Below are positions 49,167-63,194 of a DNA stretch of 64,000 bases, one piece after another (the stretch's first letter is position 1; each line of letters starts with the position of its first letter). Source of the DNA: Nageia nagi. Taxonomy: Eukaryota > Plantae > Pinophyta. Location: positions 42,098,001 through 42,162,000 of the forward strand of contig JBITNC010000001.1 in the NCBI GenBank assembly GCA_050084985.1. The letters are read 5' to 3'. The notes beneath the pieces are model-generated. The model saw only the letters and a list, made by a program, of their open reading frames with translations, searched no databases and was not told where the DNA came from. The position numbers and the translations under genes are program-made.

Positions 49167-50232
49167 GGAAGCTGATACGGGAATATTACTACGGTCTATT
49201 GAGGTGATCAAAGCTGTTCATGTATGAAATTTTATATCTAATGTAAGTATTAAAATTTTGTCTTGTCCACCACTGATTTTTGAGGTGTACTCGAAACACC
49301 CTCTTCATGGCGCTTGCTCTTCAAACATTCAATTTTTTATCAATCTGAATTTCGTCAGATACCAGGTTACCCTATTCATTGCAGGGCATCAATGCCTTTT
49401 CATTTCCAATGTAAGATGTGTCTTGGAAGCTAACTTTTGTTGATTTTATGTGAGTTTTTGCACCAAAACATGTTATAGTCTTTGAGTTGGGTTTGTTTTA
49501 TATGCTTGATGGTTTGTTCTGATTTCTATCAGGTATCCTGTACTATATTTTAAAATTTTATTGTTTTTATGTGGCATTGCTAAGAATGAAATTCTAACAG
49601 CTTAGATTGGTCGACATGATCATCCTCCAAATTCAACTTCCTTTATGAAAAATTGTCAAGATTGTTCATCAGTTAAACCTTAATGAGGGGCTTCAGGTTG
49701 GAAGACATAAAATCAATTTCCACCCAAGAATTCAGTAATGTCTGCATTTTAGCATTTCAAGTGTGATACCAACATTAAAATTGTTAGTAGGAATAATAGA
49801 TAATCAAAGTGTATCAATAAACATGAAATGATGATTTTGGAGCAATGGTACATGATATGGAGTGCCCTTTCAACTAATATGCCTTATATGGATTTAAAAA
49901 TGGCCTCCTGAAGTGTTGAGGATCCAAAATGGACTTGGGACTAGAACACATGCGATCTAGGACTAGGGGTTCAAATTAATGACAATGTGGGCTTGAATAG
50001 AGTTCGAGAGTGTTGAAGCCTTTTGATGATGCATCAAATGCATGCTTTTAGGGATTCTTGGGGCCAACTAGAGCAATATTTGCATCATCAATCAAGGAAA
50101 AGCATGCAAAAGATGTTGATTCACCATGGGATAGAATGATAAGCAGAGTCTTCCAACGATGATGCCACAAAAATATGCAATTGTTCTTTCGAGTGTTGTA
50201 TCTTCTTTCCTAATGAGACGAATAAGGTTATT

Positions 50233-52000
50233 TGTAATATGAGAAACTATTCTTCGCTCCAAATTTATTTAGCAATTAACAAATTAGCTAGAAATGAAAT
50301 AGATCTAGCATTCACACACAAAAAATATGCCAACGAACAACCAAAATTGGAGGACAAATACTGACATCTCAATATTAAGTATGAAATGAGTAAAATACAA
50401 CCAGAATGGCCCTAAAGGGTTGATGTTTGGCTCAAGGGACCAAATCTAGGGCAAATCCTCCTCAAAGACTAACTGGAAGTTGATGTGTCACTGCTAGGGC
50501 CTTCAACACTCGGAACTAAGTTTCAAAGTTGGTTTGACTAAGGGTTTTCGTCCTTAGTCAAGATCTATTGAGGGCTACGTCCCACTAAACCCTTCTCCAA
50601 GTTGGGTTTGTGTCCACTAAAAGGCCCAAGAGATGGCACTGCCACTTTGAAGATAGAAGATGCCAAAATGACTCAATGATGCCTCCATAATGTTGCACCA
50701 ACCATATAAATAGTAATCTTCCAAGGTTGGGCTCTCACACACTACTCAAGGTGACATCATACTTGGGCGTTTGGATTGTGCCTTGGAATCACACCAAACC
50801 ATGCGCTTAGCCTCTAATCATGCATTGTGCTTTGGGATCCACATTATGACACTTAAATGCTTCTAAACTACTCTTAGGAGGGAGACGTCCCACTTGAGGT
50901 TCATTATTGGTCCATGGGATCCATGTCTTTTGTCCTAAGTTACAATGATTACACATGCAATAAATAAATAAACACTCCTAATTTTTAGGAGGGAGACGTC
51001 CCACTTGGGTTCACAATTTGTCCATGGGACCCATATGTCTCTTGGCCTAAGTTACAATGATGCCTAATTACACATGTAATAAATAAATAAACACTTCTAA
51101 TTTCAAAATCACTCTAATGGGGAATGTCCCATAAAAGGGGACATTATTGGCCTCCCCTCTTGAAATTGCTTGACCCCAAGCAATTCAAGATTATTGCATA
51201 CCATGACTTTGCTAAGTGATGAAGGTTTGTCTTCAATACATCATATTGGCAACATCAAGATTCATACACGTGTGATTGAATTCTGAAGTATCATCTTCGT
51301 CATGTTTTCTTCATTTATCATGTTCTTCGTGTTTGCTTATATGAAATCTACTAACTCATGTCTAGATTTCATATAAGCATATATGAAATCTACTAACTAT
51401 GAAATCTACCAACTCATGTATCCCTTGCGTAGCTTTGATGCTAGATAGTTCACATATTGAAGATGCAAATGGAGTGATGACTTTTCTTTCCTAGTCGTCC
51501 ATGAAGCAAACATATTTACAAAATGTGCCAACGTTTGGTAGAAAGATAGTCAACGTTGAGTCTTTGCTCATGCCATTATCTCCAAATTGGGCCACTAATG
51601 AATCATGCTCAATAGTATCCATGAATTTCCATGCAATCCTCCTTCCTTTTCTTGCCTATCTCATTGTCAAGTTCTCTTCCAACGTAGCCCATGAGGAATG
51701 GCAGGAAGTTGCCAAAGGATCTCCAAAATGTAGTAGCCAAACAATTATAAGTTAGAGAACTAGTAGTCATAAATATGAATGTTCTATAGCTCCAACCATC
51801 CACAAATGTAGCCATGATATCATCTCATGAATTTGCCATGTTCTTGTTGATGTGTGAGTCGCAACCTTGTGCTCTTTATTTTTGGAGAAAGCTTAGGTTT
51901 CTTCCTTCTACATGTAATATTAATATCTTCACCAAATACATTTTTAATATTTTTATTGAAGATATGGTGAGGACTAAGCAAAATAAAGAAAGGATTTTTT
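50233..52000 (-). mobile_element. 3' end of a Gypsy-type element (3' LTR ~51148..50233, PPT and internal remnant)
   Basis: Minus strand TTGCTTGGGGTCAAGCAATTTCAAGAGGGGAGG then (T)AATGTCCCC. The LTR shares the GGGAGACGTCCCACTTG motif with the 28172/35357 LTR family and has a tandem duplication at ~50870-51100. Confidence 0.65.
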
Positions 52001-52599
52001 TGCAATATTCACAACATTTTGAAATAATTGTATCAAACCCTAACTTGATTATTTGTAAAAAGAAAGAGAGTTACATTCACCAATATGTAGATGATAAAAT
52101 ATAATACTAATTATGGTAAGGTTATGTAAATATATATCAACTTTAATTATGAAAAAAGGAACATAATAGCATGTGGTGCATAACAAATAAGATATGTCTA
52201 ATTTAAAATAGTAAATGATAAAATGAAATGCCGTAACCTATGAGATAATGGATTATATATGTGTACCTATTTCTTGGTTGATAAAGATGTAGTTGAACAA
52301 AAGGTTGATTAATACCAAACTTATATCTTTAGACTTCATAATGATAGGACGTATGCAACCTAGTTTTGGCACTAGGGATCTTGGAGATATGAATCATAAG
52401 GTCTAGAAGTAATGTCACTCAATCCTCCTCCAAAAATATGGTGAAGTAGCATACATCTCTTAGAGTATAATAGATCCAATATCAACAAGAGTTTAAAGAC
52501 ATTGATAAGTTTGTGAGAGATCAATATATATAGTCTTATTGAGATGAAATCTTGATTGTCTTACCATGCATTTAAGTATCTATTTATAGGATCAATAGA

Positions 52600-53912
52600 T
52601 TACCTGAATGCGACATTGCACACTAGCATTGATGTTTGTAATCCCTTGCATAAAATAAGAGAACTATGCATAAGATATAACGTAGTTGGATTATGATTGA
52701 TAATAACATAAAACATAACATCATATTGATCATAGCATAACAAGGGTCATAAGAAAACTAGTTTAGTCCAAAAAGGGTGCCAAATTAGGTTTCAACAAGT
52801 TCCCTATATATCCCCCATTTTTTCACACATTTATCTTGTTGAAGGAGAACTTAAGGGAAAATCAAATAACATCACCCCCTTTGGGATTTTAAAAAGGTAA
52901 TCATTTTAGTGAGATTAGTTAGAATTTCTAAATCTACCCTTATTATACTTGCATTTATAGTCACCTCTCATTAACTATATTATAAGCTTGTGTCCACCTT
53001 ATCCCTAATCCTTGATCATCAAGTTTAAGCCTATTATTTGTAAAAGTGATGTTTTAAGTATAGATCAATGTATACTCTTACATCAATATAAATTAATGAA
53101 CTTATTCCACATTTGAACCAAGCATTATCAAAGTTTAGGCATACATGTGTATCTTTTAATTTATGCTTTTCCTCCATTCTTTCAAAATGATGAAGTAGTC
53201 CAACCTTGTTAAATCTTGAGCATTAAAATCTTAAAAATCCAAAAGTAATAAATGAATGTATGAGTGTCCATAATCCATGTCTCCAAAATAACTATCACCC
53301 ATTCCATTTTTCATGCATCTGTCTCATCTCATAATAAAATTTTGTAATCAACCCATTATAAACTTCATCCATCCATATGTTAGTCTATTGCCTCACATCA
53401 TCCATGTTTCCTTATTATAGAACTTCATACATATATTCATTTATCCATCCAGGCTATTGGTCATTGGATGATAGATCTTAGAAAACTATTTTTGCAAGAT
53501 CCACGTTCCATTCAACATATTAAAATGAAATTTTATCATAATCCTACCATCCTCATAATTTAATCCTAAAAAAAAATAAAACATAAAAATTAGCCTCTTA
53601 ACCACCCAAAAATTTAAATCTATAGCAATTATAGTTGATGGGATCATTTTGCTAGTTTCAATATCCATTATGTTTTATATTCCATACTATATCAACCTCC
53701 ATTATTCCTCCCAAGCTTTGTATATGCTTTTTGACAACAAAAGAGCCAAAAAATTTATTAGGATTGGGGCTACAATAATGGATGGGAAATCCATATTTTT
53801 CCAAAATTTCTTACCAAAGGGGAGACCCTAAGAAATGTAATGTCTGAGTAAAATTTCCATGCTTCAGAGCCTTGGAGGGATTTGATAATCAATTTGACAC
53901 TCAAAGCATAGC
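52600..53912 (-). mobile_element. LINE (L1-like) ORF2 3' remnant, left of Copia-2
   Basis: Minus strand YALSVKLIIKSLQGSEAWK... continues the LINE ORF2 found right of Copia-2. The left boundary is uncertain. Confidence 0.6.
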
Positions 53913-56900
53913 TGTTGGAATGTATAATGCATTATTGTAAAGTCTATTCATGTAATTCATTTAATATTTAAAGGTATCTCTATATACCTTAAGTATTTAG
54001 TAAATATGATAATGTAAATTCACTAATACTTAAAAGTATCTTAAGATACCTTTTAAGTATTTGTGAATAAGATAATGTAATTTTTCCTTCACTTCATCTC
54101 ATGAGCATGCCCCTTGGTTAAAAGGGTGATGCATGTCATGACATTGTACAATGGTTAAAAGCATGATCCAAGGGAGGATTTTGGCCTATAAATAGAGGGC
54201 CCTCTCTTTGAGATTACCCACTCAAGTTTGTAGAAACGTTATGCTCTAGGATTGTTAGGAGAAATAAGAAAGAGTTGGTCTAAGAGAGTGCTCTTTGAGA
54301 ATAAAATTTAGATTAATGAATGTACTCCTATGGTTGGAGGAACCACTTTATATTAGTTTCAACTTTGTGAGATTGGCTATCTTGTTTATGCTATTGTGAT
54401 GATGTTTTAGAGAGCTTTCATGAGATCTTGGTAAAATGAGAATTTATTCATTTAATCTTATTTCTATCATTTGGCATCAGAGCCTACTTGGAGGATCTTC
54501 TTCCTACTTCATTGATGAGGTAAAACCAATTTTAAGGTTTAACCTCTTTCTCTTTCATTATTTCAGGGATTATTTTCAATGAAATTACCATTTTGGTTAC
54601 ATGTTAGTTTGGTAATTTATTTTTTAATTATATTGTTATGAGCTTTTGCAATTTTTTACACTAAAGTTTTGTAGAAATGTTAAAAAGTTGTTTTTTTTTT
54701 AGTTTTTTGAGAGGTAAAATCATATTGAGGTATAATTTTCTCACTTTCTTCCTCTCATTTTGAAGCTATTTTTTGCAAATTTTTTTTAGTGTTTTAAACC
54801 TCATTTTTTCTTACACATGATCTGTTTTTCTCTAAATTTAATTTAAGTCTTCTCTGTGCAAATAAGCTTATGTTTATGGTAATATAGCTCTTTGGTGTAA
54901 GAATAGCTTTAGATTGTTGCTTGCTATGATAATATTGTTATACATTTTTCTTACATACTAACCATGTTGCAATTTGTGTAAAATTTGCATCTTTTAACAA
55001 CTATCTGAAAAAATATATTATTATTGCAATATTGGTTTACAAAGTTGTTAAAAAAAGAGAAGAGAAATTATTTTATATATGTATATTTTAAAAATGTACA
55101 TATACCTTTTATTATATTAATATATTAAAAGCTTACTTTTCTAAAACACATGATAATATGTTGTTAGAAAATCAATCAAGTCAGAGGTACACATGTATTT
55201 TTTTCCAATAAAATATACATTTATTTATATATATATATTTTTTTTACAAAAGAAGGCATTTATTTTCCAAAAACTATATATGATATGAGCATCCATCAAA
55301 ATGTAGTTGAAAATATTTTTTATAAAAAAATAATAATAAGAAGAATTTTTTTTAAAACTAACAAATAAAAGTTTTTTTAATAAAAAAATAAATAAATTGA
55401 AAGGGGCTCTCTCTACCCCCGTTGTTGTGTGACCCACCTCCTCAACCCCATCATTATGCAGCCCATCCCCCTTAGGCCCATTGCTGTGTAACCCAAACCC
55501 CTAGCCCAATCACTGTGCGACCTACCCACTCTCGACCTCCCCCCTACTAACCAACCTTCCCTTCCCACTCTACACACCCCATGCGACCCCTCTCATGAAA
55601 AACCATAACTCATTTTCCCCGTCGCCCATGCTCCACTCCCTCCACTTGCCCCTCTTATGTCATTACTAACCACTTCGACCTCTCGTAGAACCCCCTCACC
55701 CTTGTGCCTAATCACCTTATGCGAACCTTCCCCCTCCAAAGTTTGTACACATGTATTTTTTTCCAATAAAATATACATTTATTTATATTTTTTTTTACAA
55801 AAGAAGGCATTTATTTTCCAAAAACTATATACGATATGAGCATCCATCAAAATGTAGTTGAAAATATTCTTTTATAAAAAAATAATAATAAAAAGATTTT
55901 TTTTTAAAACTAACAAATAAAAGTTTTTTTAATAAAAAAATAAATAAATTGAAAGGGGCTCTTTCTACTCCCATCGTTGTGTGACCCATCTCCTCAACCC
56001 CATCATTATGTAGCCCATCCCCCTCAGGCCCATTGTTGTGCAACCCAAACCCCTAGCCCAGTCACTGTGCAACCTACCCCACTCTTGACCTCTAACCAAC
56101 CTTCCCTTCCCACTCTACGCACCTCGTGCGACCCCTCTCATGAAAAACCATAACTCGTTTTCCCCGTCACCCATGCTCCACTCCCTCCACTTGCCCCTCT
56201 TATGTCACTACTAACCACTTCGACCTCTCGTAGAACCCCCTCACCCTTGTGCCTAATCACCTTATGTGAACCCTCCCCCCTTCCAAAGTTTGTAAAAATA
56301 TTATGTGCTCTCCTCCTTCTCCCCTTTCAACTTTTCATATAAGTTTTAGTATATAATTTTTTTTAACAAGTTACAGGTGCATGAGGAAATTGTTTCCTCT
56401 TTAACGAAAGTATTTTTGTTTCAAGTTGAGGCATAAGATTAATGAGAAAATGGAAGAACTTGCTTTCTAGGATGTACATTAATTGCACTTACAAATTGCA
56501 GTTGGGAAAGAGACTTGTCCATATTAAATATTGGGATGATTTTTTTTTGAAGTTTATTTAATTTTTAATACAAACTTGTATTATTTTAAAAAGTGGGGAG
56601 CCCTTGTATTTTTAGAGAAGTTTAAAATGGGGATAATTATTTTTAAGGGAGAAATTCTAAGCCTTTTTATATAAAAGGGGCTTTAATTAATTTTTTCTAT
56701 GGGAGCTAGTATTTTTTTAAGGGAAAGTTTTTAAGCATTTTTTAAAAGGGGAATTCTAAGCTATATTTTAGTGGGATATCCTTTTAAAAAAATAAGGGGT
56801 AGTTTAATTAATTTTAAGGGGGAAATTCCTTGTGAATATTTTTTTCAAAAGGGAGTTAATGTTTTTGAAGCGGTGAATGTTTATCTCTAAAAAATTAAGG

Positions 56901-59900
56901 GGTGAACACCTTCTAAAGAATATATTATTTTTTTAGCATTTTTTTAAGAAAGTATTTTTATAAAGGGAAATTCTAAATGCCTTTGAAGTAAGAATTTTTT
57001 TTCTCTTTCTCAAAAATTAAAAAAGAAGGGAGTTTTGCTAATTGTATTTTTTAAGTGTGGAATTATTTTTCACCAAGTTCAAGTTTTTAAGTAAAAAGGG
57101 GGAGACTCCTTGTTTTCATTACTATTTAAAAATAATGAACTCATGCATCTTTTTGTAAATAGGTCCTATTGAGATTGTGAGAGAATCTATTGGACACTCT
57201 TAAGTTTCAAATTGGATGATGTAATATTTATTTCATGCATTTTATGTTAAGCATTTTGCTTTATTTTTTTATAAAAATTGCAAATATTGAAAGTACACCC
57301 TTTGAAATGAGCACATTTGCACATTTTATTCTTCAACATGATTTGTTTGAGGAGCTACGATGGGAGGACAAGGCAGACTGGAGCCTTTAGTTTGTCAATC
57401 CAAATGGTGTAAAGTATGTACATAGTTTCTCTTAAGTCCACTATTAGTCTAGACATAACTTCATATAAGTGGACAAACATATGTGTAGTGATACCACATG
57501 TCCGCATATCTATTCAAAGATTATCCTGATAATATAAAAGGACAACTTGAAATCTAATCAAGATAATAATTTGGTCGATCCAATATATGTCACACTTTTA
57601 AAAAATAACTAGTACTTGTTGTGAGAGTATATTGCTGACAATAAAAGAACTAGTTTAGGATTATTAGAACTTAGGTTCCATCACACCTTGAATTTTATCA
57701 CCAAGTGTTGCATGCAAGTATCCAAGTGAAAGCCTATTTTTAAATAAGAAAACAACCTCAACTCTATGCTATCAACACCAATGTTACTTGGTTATGATAA
57801 AATGTTGGATGTTTAAGATATATGATTTGATAATATTGAAATCTTTTTGCACATGTGAATTTGGTTAATAATTTAAGCATGTTTTGTTGATTACCTTTGA
57901 TTAATTCAACATGTATAGTTGATTAATTTGAAATAATTCAACATGTATGAATGATTAATTAAATTGAACAAACTCAACATATATGGTTGATTAATTTTGA
58001 TTCTTAAATTTAACATGCTTACATTGGTTAACACTTTCACCTTCTTTTGTAGCAAATGAGAAACTCTTTTCCACCCAAGCACATCTTGGATGGTTCCAAC
58101 TACGATATTTGGTAACCTAGAATGAAAGCAAAGCTTCAAGTATGAAAATTATGGAAAATGATAAATGAAAACCAAGTTGATCTAACAAATAAGAAGACAC
58201 TTAAAGCTTATAACACAAAGAATGAGTTAACAACCTTTATAACATTTTATGTAGTTTTAGATGAAGTCCTCATGATCTCTCCTTCAAACTTTGTAAAGAA
58301 AGCTTGAGATAGGCTAAAGAAAATCTATTTCAACACCAAATTCTCAAGGAGATTCATCATCCTTCAAAATTTATTACAATCACATCAAAAAGAAAATGAA
58401 TATGTTGTAATATAATTAAACAAGATTATTGATCTTAGGACCCAATTTGTGAGGTGTGGTCATAACTAGATCAATAATGAGTTTATGGTGTTATCATCCT
58501 TCGAAGTCTCTTTACTAAATTCAATCACTTCATGATAATCATTACGACGAGACTTGATGATGAAGTGTTCTTAAAAACTCTTTCAAAGTTTCTCCTAAAA
58601 CAAAAGGAAACACTCAAAAAAAATTTATTTTCTCTCCTAAGGAGCATTCTGTGGCATTAGGGCAAATGAAGACTCACTTTAAAGAGAAGTTCAAAAATAA
58701 AAACAAGTCTTCGCATGCTCTAAAAAAGGATTTTGAAAAAAGTGGAAACAAACAATAGAATGGCTATGATAAGTATAGCAAATCCAAAGCTAAATTTAAT
58801 GCTAAATGTAATTTTTGTGGCATATATAATCACAAGGAATCATATTGCTATAAGAAAAAGAAATAACTAAGTGGTAAAAGATTTGAAAAATTAAACAACT
58901 TGAAAGGTAAGAAGAATAATAAATCTACTTTTGTTTATAATTTTTACTTAAAGTATCATACTTTCTTGAATGATTATAGTATTGATTTTGGATGCATGAA
59001 TCACATGTTTTGAAATGAATAAATTTGAAAAATTTTCTAAGTATAAAAAGGATGCAATTGTGATAGGTGATAATTTAATACTTGAAGTCTAAGGTATTGG
59101 GATTGTGTTCTTGCACAGAAAGATTATTGAAAATATGTTCTGTGTCTAAACTCAATATGAACCTTCTTTTTGTAATTCAAGTTGCAAAGAAATGATACTT
59201 ATTCGAGTTCAACTCACACTCTTAGTGCATTAAGAAGGGAATTGCCACTTTGGTGAAATGATAAATGAAAAATGATCTCTACATTATGGATCAAATGTCA
59301 AGAAAGATGTTTCTTGGTACAAATATTTTTTCTTATGGAAATATTTGACATCATCAATTAGAACATCTTAACTATAAAAGCATTCAAGTCATGAAAAATC
59401 AAGAACTTATGAAAGATTTACCTTTGATATCACTCATAATTGGTCTGTATGAAAAGTGCATATTAAAAAAGATGAATAGAGAAAAAATTGAGAAAGATGA
59501 GGCAACAATAGCAAATCAACCACTACAACTTATGCATTCAAATTTGATGGGTCCATTTCAAACTAAATCTTTTAGAAAAACATCTTATGTTTTGATCTTC
59601 ATTGATAACTTTAGTAGAATGGCATTTAGTTATTTACTCTAGCATAAGGATCAAACCTTTGATAAGTTTAAATATTTCAAAGACTTAGTTGAAAATCAAT
59701 TTAAATGCAAAATCAAGATGCTGAGATCTAAAAATGACGATGAGTATAATAACAATAAGTTCAATAACTATTATGCTAAATATGGGATCAAGAGGCAGTT
59801 CATAATCCCTTACACCCTTTAGAAAAATGGTGTTTTTGGAAGAAAGAATAGGACCATTCATGAAATGGCTAGATGCATGTTAGGAAATTTTCTTAGTTTC

Positions 59901-62900
59901 TTATGAGATGAAGCTGTGACCATTATGATCTACACATTGAATAGGTGCCCTTCAAAAGCAGTTGAAGGTGAAACCCCATATGAGGTATGGACTAGAAAGA
60001 AACTTAACATATCTTACCTTAGGATTTTTGGTTGTGATGCTTATACTTTTATTATTTATAAAAAAAGAAAGTTGGACAAGAGATCTAAAAAGTGCATTTT
60101 ACTAGGCTATGATAGTTAGCTTAGAAGTTACAAGATCTACTCTCCTTCCTCTAGAGTAGTATTTGTCTCGAAGGATGTAAAGTTCAATGAACTTCCTGGC
60201 AAATCCACTTCTTATGAGGATATGGATGATCTTGATGATTATTCTTTTGCACCTAATTAAATGGATATTAGTGTATATAAGTCACCTCACGAGAGAAATA
60301 CTCCAACATAAAGGATAATGAGAACTATAACCTTAAAGAAATCCCTTTTTATCGAAATTGATAGCAAGAATGAGCTTTCATTGTTCAAGAAAGTTTCAAA
60401 GCATGAATGTTGTATGGAAGCCACGAAAATGGAGTATGAGGATTTGATTAAAAATTAAACTTAAAACTTGGTTCTCTATCCCAATGAATGAAATGTGATT
60501 GGTAATAAGTGGATTTACAAGGTCAAATACAATTCAATTGGGAAAATTAAGAAATATAAGACAAGGCTAGTAGCCAAGTGTTTTAATTAGAAATACAAAG
60601 TTGATTATGAGGAAACCTTTGATCCAATAAAAAATATGCTTATAGTGAGGTCAATCTTTGTTCTTTCAACAACTCATGGATGAAATTTTTTTTAACTTGA
60701 TTTCAAGAGTGCTTTTTTCAATAATAACTTAGATGGGAGATCTACATGAATCAACCAGAGAAAGTTTTTAAGGAAAGAAAAGAGTCCTTTGTGTGCAAGC
60801 TAAAATCTTTATGAACTTAAGCAAGCACCTAGAGGTTAAATTATTTCATGATACTTTATAGACATTGGGTTCTATTGGTGCTTCTCTAATACATATCTAT
60901 ATATGCTCAATTAGGGATAATATCTGATCTTAATTCTTTTCTATCTGGATGATCTTTTGATCATAAGAAATAATATCAAAATCATCTAAAAGTGCATATT
61001 CAAACTTAATATAACATTTGAAATGATTGATCTTGGTCTCTTGCACTACTACCTTCGTATGAAAGTATACCAATACAAGGATTGTACTTAACTTAGTCAA
61101 TCCAAGTATTTTTTAGACATATTGCAAAAGTTTAGAATGGAGTGCAAATTTGCTATGATTTCAATCTCTCCTAGAATCACTCTTTAACTCTTAGCTCTAA
61201 TTTTTAGTTGGCAGGTGCTACATCTTATAGGAAACTAATTAGCAATATTCTTTATTTGACTATCTCCAAGTCAAATATTACTTTTGTAGTAATATTATGG
61301 TATGATTTATGTAAAGAATGTATGTTGAGAATCTTAATGTTGTTAAGCAAATCTTGAGGTATGTTACTCGAATGAAAGATATTGCTCTCAAGTATTCCAA
61401 GTTTTTTCTCATTTGTTCTCTCAAGGTTCTCAAATTTTAACTATGGAGGAGATTTGAGATGATAAGAAATCAACATCTACTTATATATTTAACATTGATT
61501 TAGATGCTATCTCTTAATATTTTAAGAAGTAACTTACTACTGCTCTCTCCACCACAAAGATAGAATATCAAGCTATATCAATTATGACCCAAGAAGCTAT
61601 TAAGGCATATTTTGAAAGAAATAGGGTATATGAATGCTTATCCATCTTAAATTTTTTCATATAATCAGTTGACTATTACTTTAGTAAAGAACCATTTTTG
61701 CCATTAGAGAATAAAACATGTTAAAATCCAATCACATTTGATCAGGGAGAAGGTTTTAAATGGTATTATACAATTGCATTATTGTCCGTCATTATTAAAC
61801 TTCGCTAACTTGTTCACTTAGACTTTTTTTGAAGCTTAATTATGCAAGCTTAGGGAATCTATTGGGTTGGTGAAGTTATACTCAAGGGAGAGTGAAGGTT
61901 GAATTCTTATTGAATTCATGTCTGTGATGACAACTTCATTCCTAAGAGGATGTTTTTGACTATATATTATTAATATTTTTGTATATATCTTTGTAGTTAG
62001 TTTGCTTTATGTGAGGAACTAGTTTTACAATTTTGAGCATATGATGGCTTTTATTAGCACTGTTATAATTATCCATATATGAGGAACCAATATGTGTATT
62101 TTGACATTGTTTAGTTATCCATATGTGAGGAACTTGTATGTGTTTATGTTTTATATTTTATGTCGATCAAAACATATTTTTTATACAAATAACTATGAGT
62201 ATTGGCTTGATATCTTCATAATGATTTATAGTGCACCGTTGATTAGTTTATGGATGAAATTACTTGATTCATTTATCTTATATTGATATTAAGTTTATAT
62301 GATGCATATTAATGATCTTTGTTATAAGCTTTCTGTAGCTTATAAGTTTCTTTTTGATAGTACATGTTACTTACTTCGAGTGGGAAGGCTCATAGAGGCT
62401 CATGTCAACTTGTTGTTAAATGATTACTTTGTGTAGTGAAATCAATTATGGTTAATGATTGTATTGTAAACTATTTATCAAATGGTAAAGTAGTGAGTTT
62501 AAATATAAGATTTTGCTTATTTCTCAAAGATGTGAATGTTTTCATCTTCGATTGTATCTCTATAGAAGAGAACTCTCTTTTACTCTCTCTTTTTTGTATT
62601 TTCTTCACTCTACCTTAATATTGCATTAAGGGAGAGTGATAGAATGTATAATGCATTATTGTAATATCTATTCATGTAATTCATTTAATAGTTAAAGTTA
62701 TCCCTAAATACTTTAAGTATTTAGTGAATATGATAATGTAAATTTACTAATACTTAAAAGTATCTCTAGATACCTTTTAATTATTTATGAATAAGATAAT
62801 GTAACTTATCCTACATTCCATCTCATGAGCATGCCCCTTAGGTAAAAGGATGATGCATGTCATGACATTGTACAATGATTAATAGAGTGATCCAAGGGAG

Positions 62901-63194
62901 GATTTTGGCCTATAAATAGAGGACCTCTTTGAGATTGCTCACTCAAGTTTGTAGAAATGTTATGCTCTAGTATTGTTAGAAGTAAGAAAGAATTATTGTA
63001 ACTATAAAAGAGTGTTATTTGAAAATTAAATCTTATATTAGTGGATGTATTACCATGGTTAGAGGAACCAATTTATATTTGTGTTAACTTTGCTAGATTA
63101 GTTATCTTGTTTATGCTATTATGATTATGTTTTAGAGAGCCTTCATGAGATCTTGATAGAATAAGAATTTACTTATTTAGGCTTATTTCCATCA
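53913..63194 (+). mobile_element. Full-length, heavily decayed Ty1/Copia element (Copia-2), related to Copia-1
   Basis: LTRs 53913..54469 and 62637..63194 (TG...CA, clearly diverged). PBS TGGCATCAGAGC at 54472-54483. PPT AAGGGAGAG. Gag-pol 58056..~61900 includes integrase (LQLMHSNLMGPF...IFIDNFSR; YTLNRCPSKAV..TPYEVW). Internal sequence is collinear with Copia-1. No TSD. Confidence 0.93.
55187..56293. repeat. ~558-bp tandem duplication in the Copia-2 leader
   Basis: GTACACATGTATTTTTT...CCCCTCCAAAGTTTGTA occurs at 55187 and 55745. Each unit has an AT-rich half and a C-rich half. Confidence 0.9.
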
